DNA from: Bacteroidales bacterium
GTDB lineage: Bacteria; Bacteroidota; Bacteroidia; Bacteroidales; WCHB1-69
DNA length: 64,000 nt
Assembly: GCA_017651425.1 (NCBI GenBank)
Contig: JAGCCZ010000062.1
Location: 24,564-88,563, forward strand
Direction of reading: 5' to 3'
This document shows, piece by piece, positions 10,428-18,364 of the stretch. Position numbers and translations under genes: made by a program. Position 1 is the stretch's first letter. Each line of letters begins with the position of its first letter. Below the pieces are notes generated by a model. The model was not told the origin of the DNA, did no database searches, and saw only the letters and a list, made by a program, of their open reading frames with translations.

Positions 10428-10482
10428 CAGTGAATGGTGAACAGTGAACGGTGAGTGTGGGTGGTGAACAGTGAGTGGAATC
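10428..10482. repeat. imperfect heptamer array (CAGTGAA TGGTGAA CAGTGAA CGGTGAG ...)
   Basis: Read directly. It lies between the sufB ATG (10416) and the sufB -7 box (10508), so it is probably in the sufB 5' UTR. Confidence 0.8.
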
Positions 10483-10507
10483 AGGGGGGGCATTTAAAAT
10501 GCGGCGG

Positions 10508-10515
10508 CAAAAGTA
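10508..10515 (-). promoter_or_regulatory. -7 promoter box TACTTTTG
   Basis: 91 nt upstream of the sufB ATG. The heptamer array lies in between. Confidence 0.5.
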
Positions 10516-10620
10516 CGATTTTTTTACGCTCTATGCCGGAACGAATGTTGAATAATCCGTAGCTTATATTAATAGTGTAAAATCATAGTTTTTTTAAAAA
10601 GAGCAAAATTAAAAAAAATA

Positions 10621-10628
10621 TACTTTTG
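10621..10628 (+). promoter_or_regulatory. -7 promoter box TACTTTTG
   Basis: 68 nt upstream of the RND adaptor ATG. Confidence 0.5.
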
Positions 10629-10696
10629 CAATTTGTTTTTTAATATTCGTTGTAGAATTCAAATTATTCATTTACAATATTATAAAAAAAGAAGAT

Positions 10697-11821
10697 ATGA
10701 AAATGAGACCAATGAAATGGGCGTGTTTTTTCTTGCTTATGGTTGGGTTGATGTCCTGTGGAGTGGACATGCCCAAGGTGACAAAGACATCATTCGAGAC
10801 GATAACCGTGGCCAAACAGGACATCTCGGTGCCCGTGAAGTTCAGCGCGAAGCTGAAAGGACAATCTGACGTGACCATCTCGCCGCAGGTGAGCGGTCAG
10901 CTGATGAAAATCTGCGTGAGCGAAGGTCAGCAGGTGAAAAAGGGCACGACGCTGTTCGTCATCGACTCCCGCAACGCACAGCTGGAATTAGAGGCCGCGC
11001 AGGCGAACCTGCAGGCTGCCGAGGCCTCGGCGAACAGTGCGAAGTTGGAGTATGAATCCAATAAAAACCTGTTTGAGAAAAACATTGTAAGCCGTTATAT
11101 GCTGGACAATTCGGAGAACTCGTACAAGCAGGCACAGGCTGCCGTGAGCCAAGCCCGTGCCGCTGTGAGCCGCGCCAGGGTGAACCTGGGCTTTTGCACC
11201 ATCACATCGCCTGTGGAAGGCATCATCGGCGAGATTCCCGTCTCGGAGGGACTTCAGGTGACACCGGGCACTCATCTGACCATCGTCAGCGGCAACACAA
11301 TGATGGACGCCGTCTTCTCCATCCCTGAGTCAGTGCTGGAACAGGCCGTTGCCAGCGGTTATGAGGGGAAGATAGAGGATGCACTGAAGAAATTTCCGGA
11401 CGTGACCTTTGTGATGAAGAACGGCACGGAATATCCGCACAAGGGACGTGTTTCGAGTGCCACCGGCGTGGTGAACGCCGCCACGGGTACCATCGCCTGC
11501 AAGGCCACCTTCCCCAACCCGGACGGCCAGCTGTACAGCGGTATCCAAGGCACCATTATCCTGCCCGCCGACAAGAAGGACGTGATAATCATTCCGCAGG
11601 CCGCTGTGGTGCGTCTGCAGGACAAATCATTGGTTTACAAGGTTAAACCCGACAGCACCGCCACTGCTGTCGCCGTGACATATTCGGATGCTGGCAATGG
11701 CAAGGACTTCATCATCACGAGCGGACTGGAAGTCGGCGACAAGATTGTGACCATTGGGGCAAATAACGTGCAGGAAGGCGAACAAGTTTTGTTCCCCGCA
11801 GCACCGAAAACCGAAAAATAA
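10697..11821 (+). CDS. RND efflux periplasmic adaptor subunit (lipoprotein)
   Basis: Lipobox LMSCG, alpha-hairpin region LELEAAQANLQAAEASANSAKLEYE, and beta-barrel motifs ITSPVEGIIG. It lies upstream of the RND pump. Confidence 0.9.
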   Translation: MKMRPMKWACFFLLMVGLMSCGVDMPKVTKTSFETITVAKQDISVPVKFSAKLKGQSDVTISPQVSGQLMKICVSEGQQVKKGTTLFVIDSRNAQLELEAAQANLQAAEASANSAKLEYESNKNLFEKNIVSRYMLDNSENSYKQAQAAVSQARAAVSRARVNLGFCTITSPVEGIIGEIPVSEGLQVTPGTHLTIVSGNTMMDAVFSIPESVLEQAVASGYEGKIEDALKKFPDVTFVMKNGTEYPHKGRVSSATGVVNAATGTIACKATFPNPDGQLYSGIQGTIILPADKKDVIIIPQAAVVRLQDKSLVYKVKPDSTATAVAVTYSDAGNGKDFIITSGLEVGDKIVTIGANNVQEGEQVLFPAAPKTEK

Positions 11822-11824
11822 GCC

Positions 11825-14800
11825 ATGAAGGGAAATATTTTCATCAACAGACATGTGATGGCATGCGCCATAGCGATTGTCATCATGCTGGTGGGCTTCA
11901 TCTGCATCACCACACTGCCTATAGAGCAATACCCGAACATCGCCCCGCCGACAGTGCGCGTTTCGACGTCCTACACCGGTGCCGACGCGAACACCATTAT
12001 GAAGTCGGTGGTGCAACCTTTGGAAGAGAACATCAACGGCGTGCCCGGCATGACTTATATTACCAGTTCGGCCTCCGCCTCGGGCGATGTTTCGATCCAG
12101 GTCTATTTCGAGCAGGGCACCGATCCCGACCTCGCCGCGGTGAACGTCCAGAACCGTGTCAGCAGGGCCACGGCATTGCTGCCCGCGGAAGTCACGAAGG
12201 TGGGCGTGCAGGTGATGAAGCAGCAGAGCAACATCCTGCACATCGGCGCACTGAAGAGCGTTGACGGCAAGTACGATGCCGACTTCATCGCCAATTACAT
12301 CGACATCAACGTTCGTCCCCGCCTGATGCGTATCACCGGCGTGGGCGATGTGATGGCGCTCGGCAACACTTATGCTTTACGTATCTGGCTGAAACCCGAT
12401 GTGATGGCCCAGTACGGACTGGAGCCTAACGACGTGTTCGCGGCCATCGGCGGGCAGAGCTTCGTCACAGCCACGGGTTCGCTGGGTGAGCAGAGTGAGA
12501 ATGCCTATCAATACTCTATGGAATACAAGGGCACGCTGAAGACCGTCGAGGAGTTCAACGATATTGTGCTGCGCTCTGTTGACGGCGGCCACGTGCTTCA
12601 CTTGAGCGATGTGGCAGACGTGGAAATCGGTGCGGTGAGCTACAACTTCACCTCCAACATTGACGGCAAGCCCGGCACCATCTACATGGTGTTCCAGGCC
12701 CCTGGCGCCAACGCTACGGAAGTGAACGCCCGCATCAACAAGCTGTATGAAGAGCTACAGCCGACAATGCCCGCCGGTCTTGAGTTTGAGATATTGGAAA
12801 CTTCGGATGACTTCCTCTTCGCCGCCATCCATAATGTGGTGGAGACGCTCATCATCGCCATCATCCTTGTCATCCTCGTGGTTTACTTCTTCCTGCAAAG
12901 CTTCAAAGCAACGATCATCCCCTCAGTTTCGATTATCGTGTCGCTGTTGGGCACCTTCGCTGTCGTGAAGGTGGCAGGTTTCTCCCTGAACATCTTGACG
13001 CTATTCGCCTTGGTACTCGCCATCGGAACGGTGGTGGATGACGCCATCGTCGTGGTTGAAGCGGTGATGGCGAAGATGGAGGGCGGCATTTCGGACGCCC
13101 GAGAAGCTACTCGCCAGGCCATGAGCGATGTCTCCATAGCGGTCATCTCGTGTACGCTGGTCTTCATGGCCGTGTTTATCCCCGTGGCCTTCATGCCTGG
13201 CACCTCTGGCTCGTTCTTCCTGCAGTTCGGTGTCACGCTGGCATCGGCCGTCGGTCTGTCGTGCATTTCGGCTCTGACGCTCTGCCCGGCCTTGTGCGGT
13301 CTGATGATGCGTTACTCGAAGGATGAACAGGAGAAGAAGAATCTGAATTACTATGTCAAAAAGGCCTATACGGTCAGTTATAACGCCATCCTCAACAAAT
13401 ACAAATCAGGTGTCGCCAAGTTCATCAAGCGTCCGTGGGTTGCGGGCGTGCTGTTGGCTTGTGCTGCCGTGCTGCTCATCCTGTCCATGCGTGGTCTGCC
13501 GTCTGGTCTCGTGCCGCAGGAAGACCAAGGCGTCTTCTTCGCCGAGGTGCGTGCGCCGGAAGGCTGCACCCTGCATGAGACACAGGAGATCGTGAAGAAG
13601 GTGGAAGAGAAGGTGAAACAGATTCCTGAGTTGGAAAGCTACGCCGCTGTCAGCGGTTACGGCATGATGGCCGGTCGCTCGGGCAGTTGCTACGCCACCT
13701 TCATCATCCGTCTGAAAAATTGGGACGACCGTCCGGGCATGAATCATAACATCATGTTGGTCTATGGCCGTTTCGCCGCCAGCTGCAGTGACATCAAGAA
13801 TGCCAAGGTGATTCCGTTCCAGATGCCGCAGGTGCCTGGCTATGGTAGCAACAGCAGTGTCAATCTGGTGCTGCAAGACATGCAGGACCGCCCGATGTCG
13901 GAGTTCAACGCCGACGCCACCAGGTTCCTTGCCAAACTGAACGAGCGACCGGAGATTATGGCGGCGATGTCCACCTATTCTGAGCGTTTCCCGAAGTATG
14001 AGGTCAGCGTTGACGCACCGCAATGCGACCGTGCAGGTGTGTCGCCCGCCACTGTTCTCAAGACGCTCGGCGCTTATTGCGGCGGCTCATACGTGGGTAA
14101 CTTCAATCAGTTCGGCAAGGTCTATCGTATCATGGCCAACGCCGCACCGGAGTACCGTCTTGACCCCTCCTCGTTGAACAACATCTTCGTCCGCGTGCGT
14201 GGCGGCAAGATGGCTCCCCTCTCGGAGTTTGTGACGCTGAAGGAGATTGTCGGTTCGGCCTCCGTCGATCATTTCAATCTGTTCCAAAGCATCACTTGCG
14301 GTGTGATGACTGCCAGCGGATTTTCGGAGGGCGATGCCCATGAGGCCATCGCCGAGGTGTTCAAAGAGGAGATGCCCGCCGGCTACGGCTATGAATACGG
14401 CGGAATGTCACGTGAAGTGGAGGAGGCCGCCGGCTCGAATGCCACCGTTCTCATTTACGTTATCTGCGTCATTCTCATCTACCTCATCTTAGCCTCTCTC
14501 TACAACTCCTGGTTCACGCCGTGGGCCGTGCTGCTTTCCGTACCCTTCGGTTTGTTGGGCTCGTTTGGTGTTGTGTGGCTCGTCTCAAGACTGCACCTGC
14601 CGGGCATGGAGAACAACATCTACCTGCAGACAGGTGTCATCATGCTCATCGGTCTGTTGGCGAAGACCGCCATCCTCATCACCGAGTTTGCCTCGGAGCG
14701 TCGCGCACAAGGTTTGAGTATCCGCGATGCCGCCTTCGCCGCCTGTGAGGAGCGCCTCCGTCCTATCTTGATGACCGTTGTCACGATGATTGCGGGTATG

Positions 14801-15097
14801 ATTCCGCTCATTATCGCAGGAGGTGCGGGTGCCAACGGCAACCGCGTGCTCGCCCTCGGCGTCACCGCCGGTATGGCCGTCGGCACGTTGGCATTGGTTT
14901 TCGTTGTCCCCGCCTTCTTCATCGTTTTCCAGAACCTGCACGAGAAAGTTCATGGAGTACCGGTAGCTGTGGAATCCGGAGAAGTCGCGGTTTCTGAAAT
15001 GACAGCCATGGAGACAGCAGAGAAGACAACGATGGAGGAGATTGGCGAAAACGTGGAGAAAGAAGTTAAGCATAACGAAAACAAGTCAGAGAAATGA
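11825..15097 (+). CDS. RND multidrug efflux permease (AcrB/MexB family)
   Basis: 1090 aa with a 12-TM pattern. FINRHVMA.AIAIVIML.G, LPIEQYPNIAPPTV and GTVVDDAIVVVE are present. Confidence 0.95.
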   Translation: MKGNIFINRHVMACAIAIVIMLVGFICITTLPIEQYPNIAPPTVRVSTSYTGADANTIMKSVVQPLEENINGVPGMTYITSSASASGDVSIQVYFEQGTDPDLAAVNVQNRVSRATALLPAEVTKVGVQVMKQQSNILHIGALKSVDGKYDADFIANYIDINVRPRLMRITGVGDVMALGNTYALRIWLKPDVMAQYGLEPNDVFAAIGGQSFVTATGSLGEQSENAYQYSMEYKGTLKTVEEFNDIVLRSVDGGHVLHLSDVADVEIGAVSYNFTSNIDGKPGTIYMVFQAPGANATEVNARINKLYEELQPTMPAGLEFEILETSDDFLFAAIHNVVETLIIAIILVILVVYFFLQSFKATIIPSVSIIVSLLGTFAVVKVAGFSLNILTLFALVLAIGTVVDDAIVVVEAVMAKMEGGISDAREATRQAMSDVSIAVISCTLVFMAVFIPVAFMPGTSGSFFLQFGVTLASAVGLSCISALTLCPALCGLMMRYSKDEQEKKNLNYYVKKAYTVSYNAILNKYKSGVAKFIKRPWVAGVLLACAAVLLILSMRGLPSGLVPQEDQGVFFAEVRAPEGCTLHETQEIVKKVEEKVKQIPELESYAAVSGYGMMAGRSGSCYATFIIRLKNWDDRPGMNHNIMLVYGRFAASCSDIKNAKVIPFQMPQVPGYGSNSSVNLVLQDMQDRPMSEFNADATRFLAKLNERPEIMAAMSTYSERFPKYEVSVDAPQCDRAGVSPATVLKTLGAYCGGSYVGNFNQFGKVYRIMANAAPEYRLDPSSLNNIFVRVRGGKMAPLSEFVTLKEIVGSASVDHFNLFQSITCGVMTASGFSEGDAHEAIAEVFKEEMPAGYGYEYGGMSREVEEAAGSNATVLIYVICVILIYLILASLYNSWFTPWAVLLSVPFGLLGSFGVVWLVSRLHLPGMENNIYLQTGVIMLIGLLAKTAILITEFASERRAQGLSIRDAAFAACEERLRPILMTVVTMIAGMIPLIIAGGAGANGNRVLALGVTAGMAVGTLALVFVVPAFFIVFQNLHEKVHGVPVAVESGEVAVSEMTAMETAEKTTMEEIGENVEKEVKHNENKSEK

Positions 15098-16473
15098 AAA
15101 GAACATTCATCATCATAGTCATTAGCGTAATAAGTGTTGCTTTTGCAGGCTGCGGGATCTATAACAAATACACGTCGCAGTCCGGAGTGTCGTCCAATCT
15201 CTACGGCACCACGGAGGATGTGATCGCGGCGCAGGCCGACAACTCCATCGCGGAGATGTCGTGGCGTGAATTCTTCACCGACCCGCTGTTGCAGAATCTC
15301 ATTGATTCCGTGTTGGCTCGCAACACTGACTTCAATTCCGCCCGTATTGCCGTCGAGCAGGCACAGGCTTCCCTTAAGGCTACGAAGTTGGGCTACCTGC
15401 CCTCTGTTACGTTCGCTCCTTCCGGCTCTGTGTCGAGTTTCAACTTCAGTCCTGCCGGCTGGACTTACAACCTGCCGTTGCAGATGGACTGGAATCTGGA
15501 TTTTTTTGCGGTCAACACAAACCAAAAGCGCAAAGCTCAGGCAGTCCTCGCACAAGCCGAGACACGGAAACAGGTGGTCCAGGCCAACCTTATCTCCGCT
15601 GTGGCGCAGCAGTATTGTATGCTGCAGCTCTTAGACCGCCAGCTGGAGATTCTGCTTGCCACCGACAGCTTGTGGAAATCCTCTTTGGAGATGCAGCGTG
15701 CTCTTTGGGAGAACGGCAAGTCCTATTCCACTGCCGTTGACCAGATGGAGTCCTCCTATCTGAATGTCAAAACGCAGATTGTGGATGTGAAGCGCAGTAT
15801 CCGCAGTGTGGAAAATGCCATCTGCCAACTGTTAGCCATCAGTCCGCAGCATATCAGCCGCAGTCGTTGGAGCAACTACGAACTGCCGCAGCGCGTGAGC
15901 ACGGGAGTGCCGGCGCAGCTGCTCACTTATCGTCCGGACATCAAAATGGCCGACCATCTCTTGGAAGAGGCCTTTTATAACACGCAGGCTGCCCGTGCCG
16001 CCTTCTATCCCAAGGTCTCGTTGCAGGGCATCATCGGCTGGACCAACAATGGCGGCAGTGTGACGGTGAACCCCGGTGCCATGTTGCTCAACGCTGTCTT
16101 ATCCCTTATGCAGCCCGTCTTCGCACAAGGCAAATTGAGAGCGAACCTTAAGATCAGCAAGTTGTCGCAGGAAGATATCGCCCAGCAGTATGTGCAGACC
16201 GTCATCAACGCTGGCAATCAGGTGAACGAGGCCTTGGCCGACTGCCAAGCTGCCCGTGAGAAGGATGTGTACTACAAGCGTCAAATCGAGGTTTTGCAAT
16301 CCGCCTACACAGGCACGCACGAGCTGATGGACAACGGCAAGGCCAGCTACTTGGAGGTCCTGACGGCGCAGGAGGGTCTTCTCGGTGCGCAAATCAGTGA
16401 GGCCACGAACCTCTACAACGGTGCCCGCTCCATCATCGCGCTTTACATCGCATTGGGCGGCGGAGCGAAGTAG
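15094..16473 (+). CDS. outer-membrane efflux lipoprotein (TolC/NodT family)
   Basis: Lipobox FAGCG. WREFFTDPLLQNLI, two TolC repeats, and a 4-nt overlap with the pump gene. Confidence 0.9.
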   Translation: MKRTFIIIVISVISVAFAGCGIYNKYTSQSGVSSNLYGTTEDVIAAQADNSIAEMSWREFFTDPLLQNLIDSVLARNTDFNSARIAVEQAQASLKATKLGYLPSVTFAPSGSVSSFNFSPAGWTYNLPLQMDWNLDFFAVNTNQKRKAQAVLAQAETRKQVVQANLISAVAQQYCMLQLLDRQLEILLATDSLWKSSLEMQRALWENGKSYSTAVDQMESSYLNVKTQIVDVKRSIRSVENAICQLLAISPQHISRSRWSNYELPQRVSTGVPAQLLTYRPDIKMADHLLEEAFYNTQAARAAFYPKVSLQGIIGWTNNGGSVTVNPGAMLLNAVLSLMQPVFAQGKLRANLKISKLSQEDIAQQYVQTVINAGNQVNEALADCQAAREKDVYYKRQIEVLQSAYTGTHELMDNGKASYLEVLTAQEGLLGAQISEATNLYNGARSIIALYIALGGGAK

Positions 16474-16498
16474 TTGACAAGTGATTTTACTGTAAAAG

Positions 16499-16539
16499 AA
16501 AATGGAGAAAACTTTTGCGAAGTTTTCTCCATTTTTTTT
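16499..16539 (+). terminator. rho-independent terminator after the RND operon
   Basis: 12-bp perfect stem atggagaaaact / agttttctccat (16502..16532) followed by a T-run. Confidence 0.85.
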
Positions 16540-16624
16540 ATATCGTTCCTTCATGGTCAAAAAAGCGGTGATAAGATACTGTTTTTAGGGATTGCCAGGC
16601 CCCAGTCAGGGATGGCACAATGTG

Positions 16625-17203
16625 TCACGGCTCAAACCAGATGCCATGGTCTAGCATATACAATTTCGTCTCGTATTGGGACAAAAACATCCTGAACAAC
16701 TTCTTCGCATATCTCGGAGGTTTGCAGTTGTGGTGACATTGCCACTCCCATTTGCCGTTATAACACCAATATTCCGTCACGATATGGCCTCGTTCGTCTT
16801 GAATGTGTAATGCAGAACTATATCCTTTTTCAGAATAGAATGTGAGGACAGGACAGTCGTATTTCACCCTTTTATACTCTATTTGAAAATATAAGTTAGA
16901 AACGGTTCCGTCCCTATTGTATATAATGTTGGCCCGATAATTCGTTTGATTGTTACAATACCTCCTCTCCCGAACCGTACTGTCCGCATAGAGCACTTCC
17001 ACGATGCGGGGAGAGACCGTGTCCTTGAATTTATACAACAGATAATCACCGTCGCAAAGGTAGGTGATACGATAAATGGTCTGGCCTTCCACATTCAACG
17101 TCTCAGTATGCAGAAAAACAGGCACATCATACTGCGCCTGCAAAGGACAAGCAAGAACGAGAACGAAAAATGCCAAAACAAAAGTCTTGATTCTACTCAT
17201 CAT
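16625..17203 (-). CDS. hypothetical secreted protein (AT-rich gene)
   Basis: The track ORF starts at TTG 17224 inside degenerate heptamer repeats. ATG at 17203 gives MMSRIKTFVLAFFVLVLACPLQAQ, a classical signal peptide. No recognisable family. Confidence 0.5.
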   Translation of the reverse strand: MMSRIKTFVLAFFVLVLACPLQAQYDVPVFLHTETLNVEGQTIYRITYLCDGDYLLYKFKDTVSPRIVEVLYADSTVRERRYCNNQTNYRANIIYNRDGTVSNLYFQIEYKRVKYDCPVLTFYSEKGYSSALHIQDERGHIVTEYWCYNGKWEWQCHHNCKPPRYAKKLFRMFLSQYETKLYMLDHGIWFEP

Positions 17204-17224
17204 TTTACAATTCTCCATTCTCAA

Positions 17225-17315
17225 TTCTTAACTCTCAACTCTTAACTCTCAACTCTTAACTCTCAACTCTTAACTCTTAACTCTTAACTCTTCACTCTTA
17301 ACTCTTAACTCTTAA
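17225..17315. repeat. 13-unit heptanucleotide tandem array (CTCTTAA / CTCTCAA / CTCTTCA on the plus strand; GAGTTAA-type on the minus strand)
   Basis: Counted directly: units at 17225, 17232, ... 17309. The last unit contains the trxB stop codon (17312..17314). Degenerate heptads continue to the downstream start codon. Confidence 0.95.
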
Positions 17316-18253
17316 CTCCCCATCAAAAACCTCCCCGCCTCAATCCCGGCGATAGCGCCCGCGCCGGCAGCGATGATGGCCTGGCGATAGTTGGGGTCCT
17401 GCACGTCGCCGGCGGCAAACACACCGGGGATGTTGGTGCGGCACGTGCCCGGCTGCGTGAGGATGTAGCCCTGCTCGTTCATGTCAAGCTGGCCTTTGAA
17501 AAGGTCGGAGACGGGGGATACGCCAATGGCCTCGAACACGCCGTCCACCTCCAAGGTGCGCTCCTCGCCGCTGTGTACGTCCTTCACTTGCAGGCCTGTG
17601 ACCTTCTTGATGAAACCCTGCTTCACGCCCACAATATCGACGGGCACGGTATCCCAGACCACTTCGATGTTCTCGGTGGAGAGCACCTGCTTCTGCAGGG
17701 CCATCGTGCCGCGGAACTGGTCGCGACGGTGTACAATATAGACTTTGGTGCAGAGATTCGACAGGTAGAGGGCATCCTCCAGGGCTGTGTCGCCGCCGCC
17801 GATGACGACAGTGGTCTTGTTTCGGAAGAAATTGCCGTCGCAGGTGGCGCAGGTGGAGACGCCGAAGCCGCGATACTGCGCCTCGCCGGGCATTCCTATC
17901 CAGCGGGCATTGGCACCAGTGGCCACGATGACGGTCTCGGCAACCACCTCCGTGCCGTCGTCTAATTTGCAGTGGAACGGGCGACTGGAGAAGTCCACCT
18001 CGGTGACCATCCCGGGACGCAGTCGCGCCCCCACATGAATGGCCTGCTGGCGGATATCCTCCATGATGACGGGGCCGGAAGAACCCTCGGGATAGCCGGG
18101 GAAGTTCTCCACCTCGTTGGTGATAGTCAACTGGCCGCCGGGTTGCATCCCCTCGATGACCAAGGGGCTCAGGTCGGCGCGGGAAGTGTAGATGGCAGCA
18201 GTGTAGCCCGCCGGCCCTGCTCCAATTATAAGGCATTTTACGTTTTCTTGCAT
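17312..18253 (-). CDS. trxB: thioredoxin-disulfide reductase
   Basis: GAGPAGYTAAIY, redox site CATCDG, GGGDTALE and AAGDVQD. The track start at 18277 is a TTG that overlaps the -7 box. ATG at 18253 lies 21 nt downstream of the box. Confidence 0.95.
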   Translation of the reverse strand: MQENVKCLIIGAGPAGYTAAIYTSRADLSPLVIEGMQPGGQLTITNEVENFPGYPEGSSGPVIMEDIRQQAIHVGARLRPGMVTEVDFSSRPFHCKLDDGTEVVAETVIVATGANARWIGMPGEAQYRGFGVSTCATCDGNFFRNKTTVVIGGGDTALEDALYLSNLCTKVYIVHRRDQFRGTMALQKQVLSTENIEVVWDTVPVDIVGVKQGFIKKVTGLQVKDVHSGEERTLEVDGVFEAIGVSPVSDLFKGQLDMNEQGYILTQPGTCRTNIPGVFAAGDVQDPNYRQAIIAAGAGAIAGIEAGRFLMGS

Positions 18254-18274
18254 GATAGTGTCGTTTAAGGGGCG

Positions 18275-18282
18275 CAAAGATA
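18275..18282 (-). promoter_or_regulatory. -7 promoter box TATCTTTG
   Basis: 21 nt upstream of trxB ATG 18253. Confidence 0.65.
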
Positions 18283-18294
18283 TAAAAAAATGGT

Positions 18295-18322
18295 GTTCAC
18301 TGATAGCTCTTCACTGTTCACT
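18295..18322. repeat. short heptamer array (GTTCACT GATAGCT CTTCACT GTTCACT; the complement of CAGTGAA-type units)
   Basis: Read directly. It lies between the divergent trxB and parC -7 boxes. Confidence 0.7.
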
Positions 18323-18331
18323 AAAAAAATG

Positions 18332-18339
18332 TATCTTTG
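18332..18339 (+). promoter_or_regulatory. -7 promoter box TATCTTTG
   Basis: 25 nt upstream of the parC ATG. Confidence 0.65.
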
Positions 18340-18364
18340 CCGCCCATGAATAAAACCCCTTATA

